NCBI GenBank assembly: GCA_964597625.1
Contig: CAZQYQ010000001.1
Span: 1-56,096, forward strand
Origin: an uncultured bacterium
GTDB lineage: Bacteria > Muiribacteriota > Ozemobacteria > Ozemobacterales > Ozemobacteraceae
DNA: 56,096 nucleotides
Direction of reading: 5' to 3'
Translations under genes and position numbers: made by a program
Shown here: positions 1 through 11,507 of the stretch, piece by piece
How positions within the stretch are numbered: position 1 is the stretch's first letter
Layout of the letters: each line of letters begins with the position of its first letter
Notes under the pieces: generated by a model
The model's database searches: none
What the model was told of the DNA's origin: nothing
Seen by the model: the letters and a program-made list of their open reading frames with translations, nothing else

Positions 1-167
1 TTCCGACGGTGCTGACGATCGAGTCGGAGTATGACGACAACCCGACGTATCACCAGGTCACCGACACGTTCGACCTCGTCAATCTCGATCTGGCCTGGCA
101 GATTTTACGTCTCAACGCGGCGATGCTCGCAGAATCGGCTTCGGTCGACCGTCTGCCGCGCCGCTGA
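1..167 (+). CDS. 3' end of a CDS cut by the window edge, possibly the C-terminus of an M28-family peptidase
   Basis: Frame 3 is open from the window edge to TGA at 165-167 and reads PTVLTIESEYDDNPTYHQVTDTFDLVNLDLAWQILRLNAAML... The NPxYHxxxDT pattern resembles the C-terminal metal-ligand region of M28 aminopeptidases. Only about 54 aa are visible. Confidence 0.35.
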   Translation, partial: PTVLTIESEYDDNPTYHQVTDTFDLVNLDLAWQILRLNAAMLAESASVDRLPRR

Positions 168-189
168 TCGCCGCATTCATCTCATTCTC

Positions 190-687
190 ATGCCGAAGAA
201 AAATTCAACCCCTGGCCCTCTGAAAAATATATCCCCATCTATTCCTTCCAGCGCCCCCCGCCGGTCTTCCACCGGGAAGAAAAAACCGGCAGTGAGGCCT
301 GTTCCGCCAATCCCCCCCAAAAACAGCCCGGTTTTTTCCGATCAGGATACGACGGTTGAGTCGCTGAAGGATCTTGTTCGCGGCTTCATCAGCGAACGGG
401 AGTGGGCTCCCTATCACACGCCGAAGAATGTCGCCGCCTCCGTCGCGATCGAGGCTGCCGAGCTGCTGGAGCATTTCCAGTGGGAACACCCGACGCCGGC
501 TGAGCTTTCCAAAACCAAGCGTGGCGAAATCGCCGACGAAATGGCCGACGTGCTGGCCTATCTGCTCAGCCTGGCAAATGTGCTGAATATCGATCTGGCG
601 GCGTCTCTGCAGCAGAAGATGGGTAAGAACCGCCGCAAGTATCCCGCTGACCGCTTCCGCGGCAGGTGGGAAAAAGTCAGGTCCTGA
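190..687 (+). CDS. MazG-type nucleoside triphosphate pyrophosphohydrolase
   Basis: The C-terminal ~110 aa (ESLKDLVRGFISEREWAPYHTPKNVAASVAIEAAELLEHFQW...EIADEMADVLAYLLSLANVLNIDL...KMGKNRRKYP) match the small MazG/dCTPase-like all-alpha fold with its EExxE...E/D motifs. I moved the start to ATG 190 because the upstream part of ORF 31-687 overlaps the preceding gene tail. The N-terminal ~50 aa are Pro/Ser-rich. Confidence 0.75.
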   Translation: MPKKNSTPGPLKNISPSIPSSAPRRSSTGKKKPAVRPVPPIPPKNSPVFSDQDTTVESLKDLVRGFISEREWAPYHTPKNVAASVAIEAAELLEHFQWEHPTPAELSKTKRGEIADEMADVLAYLLSLANVLNIDLAASLQQKMGKNRRKYPADRFRGRWEKVRS

Positions 688-697
688 GGCGCAGCGG

Positions 698-1066
698 ATG
701 AAAGAGTTTCTCTGGGCATGGCTTTTCTGGGCAGCGACGATCTTCTGTTCGCTGCTCGCCGTGAGCCTGGGAGCAGCATGGCTGCTCTTTTCGACGGCAC
801 CGAGCCATCCGCACACCTGGGTTTTCGCGGCAGGTTTCGGCTTTGCCTTCGGCTTCATCGGGATCGGCGCGTTCACGGTTTTCGTTTTCGACCGTTTCTC
901 ACGCAAGTTCAGGGCAAAAGAGGAAGTGGAAGGCGAGTTTTTCAGAAAAATAGTTCGTGAAATGCCGTTTCTCTTTTTTGCCCTGCTGTTTTTCTTCGCC
1001 ATGGCCCTGTTCATCGGAGTTTTCCTGCTGATGCTGCCCTACATTAAAACCGCCGTCGGCGGCTGA
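698..1066 (+). CDS. small integral membrane protein, unknown function
   Basis: 122 aa with about 4 hydrophobic helices (WLFWAATIFCSLLAVSLGAAWLLF; VFAAGFGFAFGFIGIGAFTVFVF; FLFFALLFFFAMALFIGVFLLML). It starts 11 nt after the MazG stop. No recognisable family. Confidence 0.5.
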   Translation: MKEFLWAWLFWAATIFCSLLAVSLGAAWLLFSTAPSHPHTWVFAAGFGFAFGFIGIGAFTVFVFDRFSRKFRAKEEVEGEFFRKIVREMPFLFFALLFFFAMALFIGVFLLMLPYIKTAVGG

Positions 1067-1115
1067 GTCGGATACCATGTTCATCCCTATTGCTGAAACC
1101 GCGGAGGAATAAGCG

Positions 1116-2243
1116 ATGCAACGTTCATTCGGATTGCCGCAGGTCATCGCACTTCTGGTCATTTCCGCGCTCATCTGGGCAGGCCTGGGAACCGGCGGGA
1201 ATTCCGTCAAAATCGGCGTCATCGCCCCGCTTACAGGCTCCACGGCGGTTTACGGCCTTTCGATGCGCAATGGGCTCAGGATGGCCACCGAGAGCATCAA
1301 TGCGGCCGGCGGTATCGGTGGCCGGCGCATCGAGCTCCTGTTCATCGATGAGGAAAATGACAAAATCGCCGCCGCCGTCGCCGCGCGCGATCTGATCTAC
1401 CGCCAGGGTGCGGTGATGATCATCGGAGCGGTGAGCTCCGATGCAACGATGAATGTGCAGCGGATCTGTGAACGGGCGCAGGTGCCGATGCTGACATCGG
1501 TCAGCACGAACCCGTTCATCACCCGGGTCGGGTTCCGCTACTCCTTCCGCTGCCTGACGGACGACATCGTACAGGCCTCGGACCTGGCCGGAAATTCCGT
1601 CCGATCGATGAAACTGCGCCGCGTCGCGATTCTTCACGACAGTAACAAATACGGATCGATGGGCGCGCGGGTATATGCAGCCAAAGCAACCGAGCTGGGC
1701 CAGTCGATTCCCGCAAGTGTTGCCTTTGACGGCGGCATGACCAATTTCGCCAGACAACTCGAGAGTCTGAAAGCCTTGAACCCTGACGGGCTGCTGATCT
1801 GGGGTCTCGCGCGCGAGTCAGCCCTCATCGTGCGGCAGGCACGGGAACTGGGGATGCAGATGCCGATCCTGGGCGGTGACGGCATGTCGACCGCCGGGTT
1901 CCTCGATATCGCCGGACCGGCTGCCGAAGGCGCGGTGGTGACGATGCCTTTCAATCCCACCCGCGGCGGCGAGGCGACGAAACGATTCACGGAGCAATAC
2001 CAGCGCGAATTCGGCAGCGAAGCCGACTCGTTCGCGGCACACGGCTACGATGCGCTTCAACTGGCGGCGATGGCGCTGAAAACAGCCGCGGATCGTGGAA
2101 CGCCGCTTCGCGACGCGCTTGCAGCAATCAACACCTATGACGGCATAACCGGCCGCGGCGGATTCGATGCCACCGGAAACGAGACCCGGCCGGTCGAACT
2201 GGCGCTGGTAAAGGCCGGCCGGTTCGTGCCGATGGCGCAGTGA
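1116..2243 (+). CDS. periplasmic substrate-binding protein, Leu/Ile/Val-binding (LivJ/LivK, Peripla_BP_6) family
   Basis: GGAGGA RBS and a signal-like N-terminus. KIGVIAPLTGSTAVYGLSMRNGLRMATESINAAGGIGGRRIELLFIDEEND...AVMIIGAVSSD is the typical type I SBP signature. No ABC permease or ATPase genes are adjacent. Confidence 0.85.
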   Translation: MQRSFGLPQVIALLVISALIWAGLGTGGNSVKIGVIAPLTGSTAVYGLSMRNGLRMATESINAAGGIGGRRIELLFIDEENDKIAAAVAARDLIYRQGAVMIIGAVSSDATMNVQRICERAQVPMLTSVSTNPFITRVGFRYSFRCLTDDIVQASDLAGNSVRSMKLRRVAILHDSNKYGSMGARVYAAKATELGQSIPASVAFDGGMTNFARQLESLKALNPDGLLIWGLARESALIVRQARELGMQMPILGGDGMSTAGFLDIAGPAAEGAVVTMPFNPTRGGEATKRFTEQYQREFGSEADSFAAHGYDALQLAAMALKTAADRGTPLRDALAAINTYDGITGRGGFDATGNETRPVELALVKAGRFVPMAQ

Positions 2244-2259
2244 CGACTGGAGAGGCGCA

Positions 2260-3489
2260 ATGAGTCCAAGACACCCGCTGGCCCGTGACCCGAACGGCTC
2301 AAACATGGCGTTCTGGGCAGGAATGATCCTTGTCGTCACCCTTGCTCTCAGCATGCGATTCAGCCGCCCGTCATCAGGGCCGGTACAGACGGCTCCGGGA
2401 GGCACTCCGATTCCTTCGACCGGCATGACGCCGCCTCCGCTGCCCGCCAATGCGCCGATTCCACGCACCGAAGAGCGCATACCGGCTGTTACGCAGGGCG
2501 ACAGGCCCCCCGTAGTGACCCCCGCTCAGTTCGCCGCGGCCGGCACGCCGGTTCCCCGGACGATTCCGGCCTGGTGGCAGATGGTCGCGCCGCTTCCCGC
2601 GGTACATGCGATCGTCATCGGGCCCGACGGCCTTGTCTGGGCCGCAACCGAGGGCGGACTTGCGCGCGTCGCGGCCGGCCAGGTACGTCTGATGACACCT
2701 GATGACGGCAGTTTTCCGGCGCGGCCGGCGACCGCCCTGGCCCACGACGGCACATCGCTGTGGATCGGCAGTTTCGATGGGCTTCTGAAGAGTCAGGATG
2801 GACGCCGGTTTCAGAGATTCACCGCGGCCGACGGCCTGGCCCACGACATGATCTGGTCCCTGAACTGGGACGGCACGGTTCTGTGGGTCGGCACTCAGAA
2901 CGGGATTTCCTTTCTGGTGCCGAACGGGCGGTTCGAGACAGTCACGAAAAAGATTTCGAACGGCGGGCTTGCCGATCTCTGGATCGGGGCCATCGCAAAA
3001 CTCGGATACTGGGCGCTCTGCGGGAATGATGACGGTCTCAGCGTCTGGGATACGCGCCGCATGGCCGCGAATCCTGCGGCCTGGACGACGATCGACATGT
3101 TTTCGACCAATCTTGCGCACAACTGGATTCTCTCGCTCGCGGTTTCGGCGGCCGGCAACATCTGGGTCGGCACGCCAGGCGGTCTCTGCCGGCTTCGCAC
3201 GCCGCTCGAGCAGGTTTTCGGCGGCACCGTCGCGGACTGGGAAGTCTTCAACCGCTCGCGCGGGCTTCCCGTCGACCGGGTCGATGCGGTCCAGCCGGTC
3301 GGCGATGACGTCTGGGCCGGCTGCACGGGCGGGCTGGTGCGGATCCGCAACGGTTCGGCGAAGGTCGTCACGATGGCGGACGGGCTTCTCGCTTCCGACG
3401 TGAGAAGCCTCGCGCTGGGCTCGGGAACGCTCTGGGTCGGGACATCCGGCGGGCTCCAGGCTCTCTCGCTCGATGCGTTCGACCGCTGA
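2260..3489 (+). CDS. membrane-anchored or secreted beta-propeller protein with two-component-regulator propeller (Reg_prop-like) repeats
   Basis: N-terminal hydrophobic helix (FWAGMILVVTLALSM) and a Pro-rich linker. Repeated xxDGxxLW[IV]G[TS]xxGLxxL blades follow (LWIGSFDGLLKS, LWVGTQNGISFL, IWVGTPGGLCRL, VWAGCTGGLVRI, LWVGTSGGLQAL). Confidence 0.7.
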   Translation: MSPRHPLARDPNGSNMAFWAGMILVVTLALSMRFSRPSSGPVQTAPGGTPIPSTGMTPPPLPANAPIPRTEERIPAVTQGDRPPVVTPAQFAAAGTPVPRTIPAWWQMVAPLPAVHAIVIGPDGLVWAATEGGLARVAAGQVRLMTPDDGSFPARPATALAHDGTSLWIGSFDGLLKSQDGRRFQRFTAADGLAHDMIWSLNWDGTVLWVGTQNGISFLVPNGRFETVTKKISNGGLADLWIGAIAKLGYWALCGNDDGLSVWDTRRMAANPAAWTTIDMFSTNLAHNWILSLAVSAAGNIWVGTPGGLCRLRTPLEQVFGGTVADWEVFNRSRGLPVDRVDAVQPVGDDVWAGCTGGLVRIRNGSAKVVTMADGLLASDVRSLALGSGTLWVGTSGGLQALSLDAFDR

Positions 3490-6307
<2,818 letters not shown>

Positions 6308-6368
6308 TGGTGTTGTATCCTCTTTTGAGATCCTGACTCCATCGGCGTGACATGCCAGGGGGACCGTA

Positions 6369-7355
6369 GTGGCATTAAACGATAAGCTCTTTTTCCCGAA
6401 ATCCATCGTTTGTCCGGTCTGTGAAAAGCCGTTCATGCGGTATGCATTGCGCAAGTCTCAGTTCAGCATATCCAAGCGAGATTTTGATTACAGGCCGATC
6501 TACCTGGGCCAGATCAACCCTCGGCTTTTTTCGATGTGTGTCTGCCCGAACTGCTTCTACGCCGGTGAAGACAAGTATTTCTGCCCGCGCATGACCGATG
6601 ACGATCTGCGCCGCAAAGAGTATTTTCAGAGCCACAAAGCCCAGTGGGAGGCGCAGACCCGGGTCCGGGCGGCCAGTTCGGGGCAGCAGATCTGGAAGGA
6701 TCTTGCCTCTGAAAAGCTGAAGCAGATGTCGCCCGAGGAACTGGCGATTCTGCGGCGCATTTCGCCGCTGCTTCAGAAGTCGGCAGCCAACATCATCGCC
6801 AAAGGAAAGCCCTTCAACGAGCTTCAGAAAGAGTGTGATCTCGACGCCGCCATACGCGCATACGAGCTCGCCGCGATCTGTTACAAGGCACGCCGGGCCA
6901 ACCACCGCATTCTGGGCTACACCTATCTCAATGGTGCGTGGGCAAGCCGCGATGCGGCTGAGCTGACGACCGACGAAGAGAAGAAAAACGATTACACGGC
7001 GTTTGAAAATGCCTATCTGCGCGAAGCGGTGAATTTTCTCACCATCACCAACAAGGCCACCAGCGTGGAAGACCAGTTCATGCCCGATGGCACCCGGATT
7101 GCCAAGGAAAACATCCCCGAATCCCGCATTTTCGAGGTCCTGTATATTCTCGCCGGGGCGCATCGTAAACTTGGCGATATAGAATTGAGCAACAAGTATC
7201 TCGAACAGATCATTTACGGGGCATCGGGGGCTCAGGGCATCATGCTCTGGTTCGTGAACCAGGCCCGCGAAATGCGCCAGTCGAAAGACGTTTCGCAGAC
7301 GGAATCGGATGTTCCCCAGGAAGACGGCGACCCCGGAGAAGACGAGGAAAGCTGA
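6369..7355 (+). CDS. zinc-ribbon plus helical-repeat protein (DUF2225-like)
   Basis: GTG start with an AGGGGGA RBS. CPVCEKPF...CPNCFYAG form a Cys4 ribbon, followed by a helical TPR-like C-terminal half and an acidic tail. The family assignment is from memory of the CPvC...f pattern, so it is tentative. Confidence 0.55.
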   Translation: MALNDKLFFPKSIVCPVCEKPFMRYALRKSQFSISKRDFDYRPIYLGQINPRLFSMCVCPNCFYAGEDKYFCPRMTDDDLRRKEYFQSHKAQWEAQTRVRAASSGQQIWKDLASEKLKQMSPEELAILRRISPLLQKSAANIIAKGKPFNELQKECDLDAAIRAYELAAICYKARRANHRILGYTYLNGAWASRDAAELTTDEEKKNDYTAFENAYLREAVNFLTITNKATSVEDQFMPDGTRIAKENIPESRIFEVLYILAGAHRKLGDIELSNKYLEQIIYGASGAQGIMLWFVNQAREMRQSKDVSQTESDVPQEDGDPGEDEES

Positions 7356-7388
7356 GCGACAGCGCTAGATCGTGCAAGGCACAAACGT

Positions 7389-7424
7389 CTGCGGGTGGTT
7401 CCCAGGGGGAACCACCCGCAGTTT
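7389..7424. terminator. bidirectional rho-independent terminator between convergent genes
   Basis: Perfect inverted repeat ctgcgggtggttccc / gggaaccacccgcag (15 nt arms, 3 nt centre) followed by TTT. It lies between the stop at 7355 (+) and the stop at 7427 (-). Confidence 0.7.
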
Positions 7425-7426
7425 AT

Positions 7427-9421
7427 TCAGCCCGCCTTGATCAGCCCGGCAAGAGCCTGCGGGGTGAGGCCATGCGCCGAAAGCATTTCAGCGAAACTCC
7501 TCGTTGAGCCGGTGAGCCGCGTCGGGCCAAACCGTGCGACGGTGGTTCCGGCGCGGGCCGCCAGCCATTCGGAAGGGCCGCCGGCCGGAAGATGGCTTTC
7601 CATCACGATGGCGCGGCGCGCGGAACGGGCGAGCCGCGCAAGCTCACCATCCGGATCCGAGTGGTCGATGAAGCCGATGACTTCGATTCCGGGGCAAGCC
7701 GGATCAGTCTGAAGCGTAGATGCCGAAAGCGCCATCGCAAGCAGATGCGGATCGGAGCTGAAAAGACGGACAACCGTGAGATCATCACCGTCGCCGGAGC
7801 CGTTGATACACCATCTGCGCCATCGAAGCGGTGCTTCCTCAACAGGGTTGGGAAGCGGTTCTTTGAGAGGGGTGCGGTGCAGGCGCACGTATGCCGGAGT
7901 CGAACGGCGATGGGCGGCGCGGTCGGCTTCGTATCTTGCAAGCAGGATGTGAAGCAGATTTCCGGCATCTTCCGGCGTGATCGGCTCGTACACGTCGAAG
8001 CCGCCGATGGCGCGGATCAGTCCGATGTCGTTCAGCGACTGGTGCGATTTCCCGTCGGTATGATAATCGAGGCCCGCGTAATGGCCGGCGACAATGGCCG
8101 GCAGGCCTTCGGCGGCAATCGCGAACAGCTGATCGAGAGCCCGTTTATGGAAGGATGCGTAGGTGTTCACGACGCCGACGCCACCGCCGAGCGCCAGCCC
8201 GGCGGCAATGGAGGTCATATCCTGCTCGCTTATGCCGACTTCGATGAACCGCTCGGGAAACCGCACGGCGACTTCGGTCAGGCGGCAGGATTTTTCAAGA
8301 TCGGCATCGAGCGCGAACAACATCTTGTGCCGCTCCATCGAGTCGAGAAGTCCGGCAACGAAGCCGTCGGCGGTCGAGCGTGCGGCTGGCAACGGGGAAG
8401 CAGCCGGAAGAGAGGTGAACACCGCCGAGGCCGGCGTCGCCGTGAACCTCCGGCGCCACGATAAAAAAGCAGTAGATATATCAGAATCACCCGTTCGCTC
8501 GACCAGTTCGGATGTCATTGCCAGATACTCCCGCCAGTCGGGAATCCGGCCGTGCCAGACTCCCTGTCGCCGCGCCGTCTGCGGAGTCATACCGGTCAGC
8601 GAGGTTCCATAGCCTTTCACGGTTTCGGCGATCACCACAGCCGGCTGACCGCACACCGTCGCGGCCCGCAGGGTCTGATCGAGCGCCTGAACCGAATGGC
8701 CGTCACACCGGAACACGCGCAGGCCGATTCCCGTCAGAACACCGTTCCAGTCACGTGCATCCTTGATGTCCTCGCAACGGCTGTCGGACTGAAGGGAATT
8801 TCGATCGATGATCGGAATACAGTGCGTCAGGCCCTGCCGCGCATGCGTCAGGAGGGATTCGAACACCTGGCCCTCCTGCAGTTCGCCGTCGCCGAACAGG
8901 ACGAAACAGTGATGGGGAATGCCGGCGCGACGCCGGGCCGCGGAGAGACCGATTCCCTTCGACAACCCCTGTCCGAGCGATCCGCTGTCCGTGTCAACAC
9001 CGGGCACCGTGCGGTCACAATGCGCGGGCAGGCCGCCGGCGGCCTTGTAGGTGAGCAGTTTTTCGACCGGGAACAGGCCGCAGGCAGCCAGGATCGCATA
9101 CTGCGCGATCGCCGCGTGGCCTTTCGAAAGGATCACGAGATCCCGCCGCTCTGCCGGAAGCGTCGCATCGGCGATATGCAGGTGGTACAGCACGGCGAGG
9201 ATTTCCATCGCCGAAAAGCTTGCGCCGAGCCAGCCGTGCCGGGCTGAAAAAAGCCCTGCCAGAGTGTTTATGCGATGAACCGCACAGAGTTTTTCGAGGA
9301 ATCCGTAGCGGCAGTCTCCCGTGCTGTAGCCGAGCGCGTCGAGAAGCCTGCTCAAAAGAAGCCTGTCGACGAGAAAAGGGGTCGGAGTGTCAATGCCGGT
9401 CATCTCGTGCATGTCGTTCAT
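7427..9421 (-). CDS. transketolase-family protein (fused TPP-binding and pyrimidine-binding halves)
   Basis: LSKGHAAIAQYAILAACG, DSGSLGQGLSKGIGLSAA and FVLFGDGELQEGQVFESL mark the TPP-binding N-half. FIEVGISEQDMTSIAAGLALGG marks the Pyr-binding half. 664 aa. Confidence 0.85.
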   Translation of the reverse strand: MNDMHEMTGIDTPTPFLVDRLLLSRLLDALGYSTGDCRYGFLEKLCAVHRINTLAGLFSARHGWLGASFSAMEILAVLYHLHIADATLPAERRDLVILSKGHAAIAQYAILAACGLFPVEKLLTYKAAGGLPAHCDRTVPGVDTDSGSLGQGLSKGIGLSAARRRAGIPHHCFVLFGDGELQEGQVFESLLTHARQGLTHCIPIIDRNSLQSDSRCEDIKDARDWNGVLTGIGLRVFRCDGHSVQALDQTLRAATVCGQPAVVIAETVKGYGTSLTGMTPQTARRQGVWHGRIPDWREYLAMTSELVERTGDSDISTAFLSWRRRFTATPASAVFTSLPAASPLPAARSTADGFVAGLLDSMERHKMLFALDADLEKSCRLTEVAVRFPERFIEVGISEQDMTSIAAGLALGGGVGVVNTYASFHKRALDQLFAIAAEGLPAIVAGHYAGLDYHTDGKSHQSLNDIGLIRAIGGFDVYEPITPEDAGNLLHILLARYEADRAAHRRSTPAYVRLHRTPLKEPLPNPVEEAPLRWRRWCINGSGDGDDLTVVRLFSSDPHLLAMALSASTLQTDPACPGIEVIGFIDHSDPDGELARLARSARRAIVMESHLPAGGPSEWLAARAGTTVARFGPTRLTGSTRSFAEMLSAHGLTPQALAGLIKAG

Positions 9422-9517
9422 TCTTCAAGCATTACCGCACTCCGGCTCCGGAAGCAACCCTCCCACCTGCCGCCGGCGAATGCTCTCCGGAAGCGGAGAC
9501 ACCGAAGCAGGGCACAG

Positions 9518-9546
9518 TTGCAGGGAATGTCCGATGGGGCTATAAT
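9518..9546 (+). promoter_or_regulatory. candidate sigma70-type promoter (TTGCAG-17 nt-TATAAT)
   Basis: ttgcag (9518-9523), an exact 17-nt spacer, then a perfect tataat (9541-9546) in the divergent intergenic region. The A of ATG 9554 lies 8 nt after the -10, where a transcription start is expected. Confidence 0.35.
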
Positions 9547-9553
9547 GCTCCCG

Positions 9554-10324
9554 ATGAATTCCAAAGAAACAATCAGAAGCTCTTCTGCTCATACGACCGC
9601 GATGAACCGCCCCGCCCGGCGGGGCAGCGATTTTTTCCGTCGCGGCCTTGCGCTCGGCATCGTTCTTCCTCTCGTGCTGATCCTGTTCGTGGTCGTCGTC
9701 GTCGGCGGGTCATTCATGCTCGGTTCGAAAGCCCAGACACGGTTCGACAGCCTTCTCGAAGAGGGCCGGCTGGCTATCGAAAAGGATCGCGGAGATCTCG
9801 CGATGACGGCGTTTACGAAGGCGGAAGCGGAGATCAATGTCCATGCCAGAGTGTATCGATACATCCTGGGACTCAGGGGCGCCACCTTCCCGACCGGGGA
9901 AGACGTCGGCGAGCTGATCGTCGGAGCGGCCCTGATTCAGGCATACGATCGGTTTTTCGACCTTCAGAAAGCCCCTGAAATCGTCAAGATCGCCGAAGAG
10001 CGCGCCGGCAGGCTCAACAGCATTGAAGGCGTCGAAATGAAACGGGCGGCCGCCACGGCACGCGAAGTGAACGGGCTCATCGAGCTGATCGAAGCCAAAA
10101 AGTATACGGAAGTGATGAAGGGCATTCTTGCCGTTGAAAAAAATGCCCAGCCGACCGACCAGGACTTTTTCGTCACCGAGGTCCGGCTGCTCATCGCCTG
10201 CGGCAAATCGATGAACGAGCCGGCAATCGTCGATCATGCGCGCGAGATGCTGTTCTTTCTCGCCTACGAGGCCGGCATCAAGAACAAACGTATCGATCAG
10301 CTCTGGGGTTTGCTGGGCCGATGA
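9554..10324 (+). CDS. single-pass membrane protein with helical extracytoplasmic domain, unknown function
   Basis: Same frame as ORF 9275-10324, but the upstream part overlaps the transketolase start and the promoter. TM FFRRGLALGIVLPLVLILFVVVVVGGSF is followed by an alpha-helical, TPR-like ~200 aa. The start could be 9545, 9554 or the later ATG (MNRPARR). Confidence 0.55.
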   Translation: MNSKETIRSSSAHTTAMNRPARRGSDFFRRGLALGIVLPLVLILFVVVVVGGSFMLGSKAQTRFDSLLEEGRLAIEKDRGDLAMTAFTKAEAEINVHARVYRYILGLRGATFPTGEDVGELIVGAALIQAYDRFFDLQKAPEIVKIAEERAGRLNSIEGVEMKRAAATAREVNGLIELIEAKKYTEVMKGILAVEKNAQPTDQDFFVTEVRLLIACGKSMNEPAIVDHAREMLFFLAYEAGIKNKRIDQLWGLLGR

Positions 10325-11136
10325 GCATCCGGTACAATCCGCACCGGATAGCCCGTGAAGCCTGCAGCTGGCCTCAAACACAACCACTCCGGCAGGAATC
10401 TCTCGACCAGGCTGTTCGGCATCGTGCGGCCCGCTGGTGGAGCGGTTCTGATGACTGGACTCCGCTGACGGGGGGGACCCTCTCCGTCGCCCCTGAAACA
10501 GCCGCGGAATACGGATATGATGCCGTGTGCATCGCCTCATTGACCGCGGGGAACGGGGTTCCGGACACGGCGCTTCTGGAATCGGCCTTTCGATGGCTGT
10601 CGCTGGTTCATGACCATTCGACAGACGCGCGGCGTTCCCTCTCCGGCTCCGATGAGAATCCGCTCTGGGATGCCTCGCCCTGGCTCGCTGCGGCGTTCAC
10701 GGCGCGGGACCACCTGGTTCTGCGAGGGCATGCCTATCCGGCGCTGGCTGCGATGCGAAAAGCATGGAAACAGTCGCCACCGGATTCAGCAGCCCCGGCT
10801 TCCGGAATGCGCCTGATCTGGTCACTCCTTTTACCTTTCGCTCCCCTGCTTGCACGGTTTCTTCTCGGGCAGACAGGGGACTGGCCGCCGGCTTCGCTGG
10901 AAACCCTGGCGGAGCCGTTCATGCCGCGCCAGGCCGTGCGCATCGCACTGGAGCAGGGAGGCTGGAACTGGGTCGTCGTGGATGCAGGCCGATTCCAGAC
11001 GGAGCCGGTTCGTGAGCTTGCCGACATCAGATGGATAGCAAACGCTCTCGGGAACCGTTCCTGGACGGTTCGAAACGAGGGGGAAGGATGGAGGGTGTGT
11101 CTGAGCCAACCGCCGGTGACCGCCGTCAATTCCTGA
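10321..11136 (+). CDS. hypothetical Trp-rich soluble protein
   Basis: 271-aa ORF whose ATG overlaps the previous stop (ATGA). Its codon and amino-acid composition is protein-like. No recognisable motif. Confidence 0.5.
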   Translation: MSIRYNPHRIAREACSWPQTQPLRQESLDQAVRHRAARWWSGSDDWTPLTGGTLSVAPETAAEYGYDAVCIASLTAGNGVPDTALLESAFRWLSLVHDHSTDARRSLSGSDENPLWDASPWLAAAFTARDHLVLRGHAYPALAAMRKAWKQSPPDSAAPASGMRLIWSLLLPFAPLLARFLLGQTGDWPPASLETLAEPFMPRQAVRIALEQGGWNWVVVDAGRFQTEPVRELADIRWIANALGNRSWTVRNEGEGWRVCLSQPPVTAVNS

Positions 11137-11507
11137 TCCTGATTCTGAGTTCGCTTCTGATCAATGTCTTCATGGTCTGGTGGACTCCGCGCGCGCTCAG
11201 GCCTTCCGATGCCGTGCCGCTCGGGGAAGTCGTCATCGATACAACCTCCGACTCTCAGGGCAGAATCTGGGGAGAGCCGATTGCGGAACCCGGCAGGCAG
11301 GCCCCTTCGAAAGTGAGCATCAATACCGCTGATCGTGCGGCACTGCTGGCATGCCCCGGTATCGGGCCTGTGACGGCGGATCGCATTCTTGCCGCACGGC
11401 GCGAGGGCGCATTCACGAGCTGGGAGGATTTTCAGCGACGCGTTCCGGGCTTCGGTGCAGCGAAAATGGAGCGGCTCCGCCTCGAAGGCGTGCGGCTCGA
11501 CCCGTGA
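11088..11507 (+). CDS. comEA: ComEA-family helix-hairpin-helix DNA receptor
   Basis: ATG 11088 is preceded by GGGGGAAGG. N-terminal TM (FLILILSSLLINVFMVWW) and a C-terminal HhH module INTADRAALLACPGIGPVTADRILAARREGAFTSWEDFQRRVPGFG. Confidence 0.75.
   Translation: MEGVSEPTAGDRRQFLILILSSLLINVFMVWWTPRALRPSDAVPLGEVVIDTTSDSQGRIWGEPIAEPGRQAPSKVSINTADRAALLACPGIGPVTADRILAARREGAFTSWEDFQRRVPGFGAAKMERLRLEGVRLDP

Noticed and set aside
7427-9421. Possible 1-deoxy-D-xylulose-5-phosphate synthase (Dxs) instead of transketolase
   Set aside because: The motif pattern (GHAAIAQYA, GSLGQGLS, GDGELQEGQVFES, EVGISEQDM) and the domain spacing match the split/fused TktN-TktC transketolase type. The Dxs-specific N-terminal region is absent. 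The substrate still cannot be assigned from sequence.
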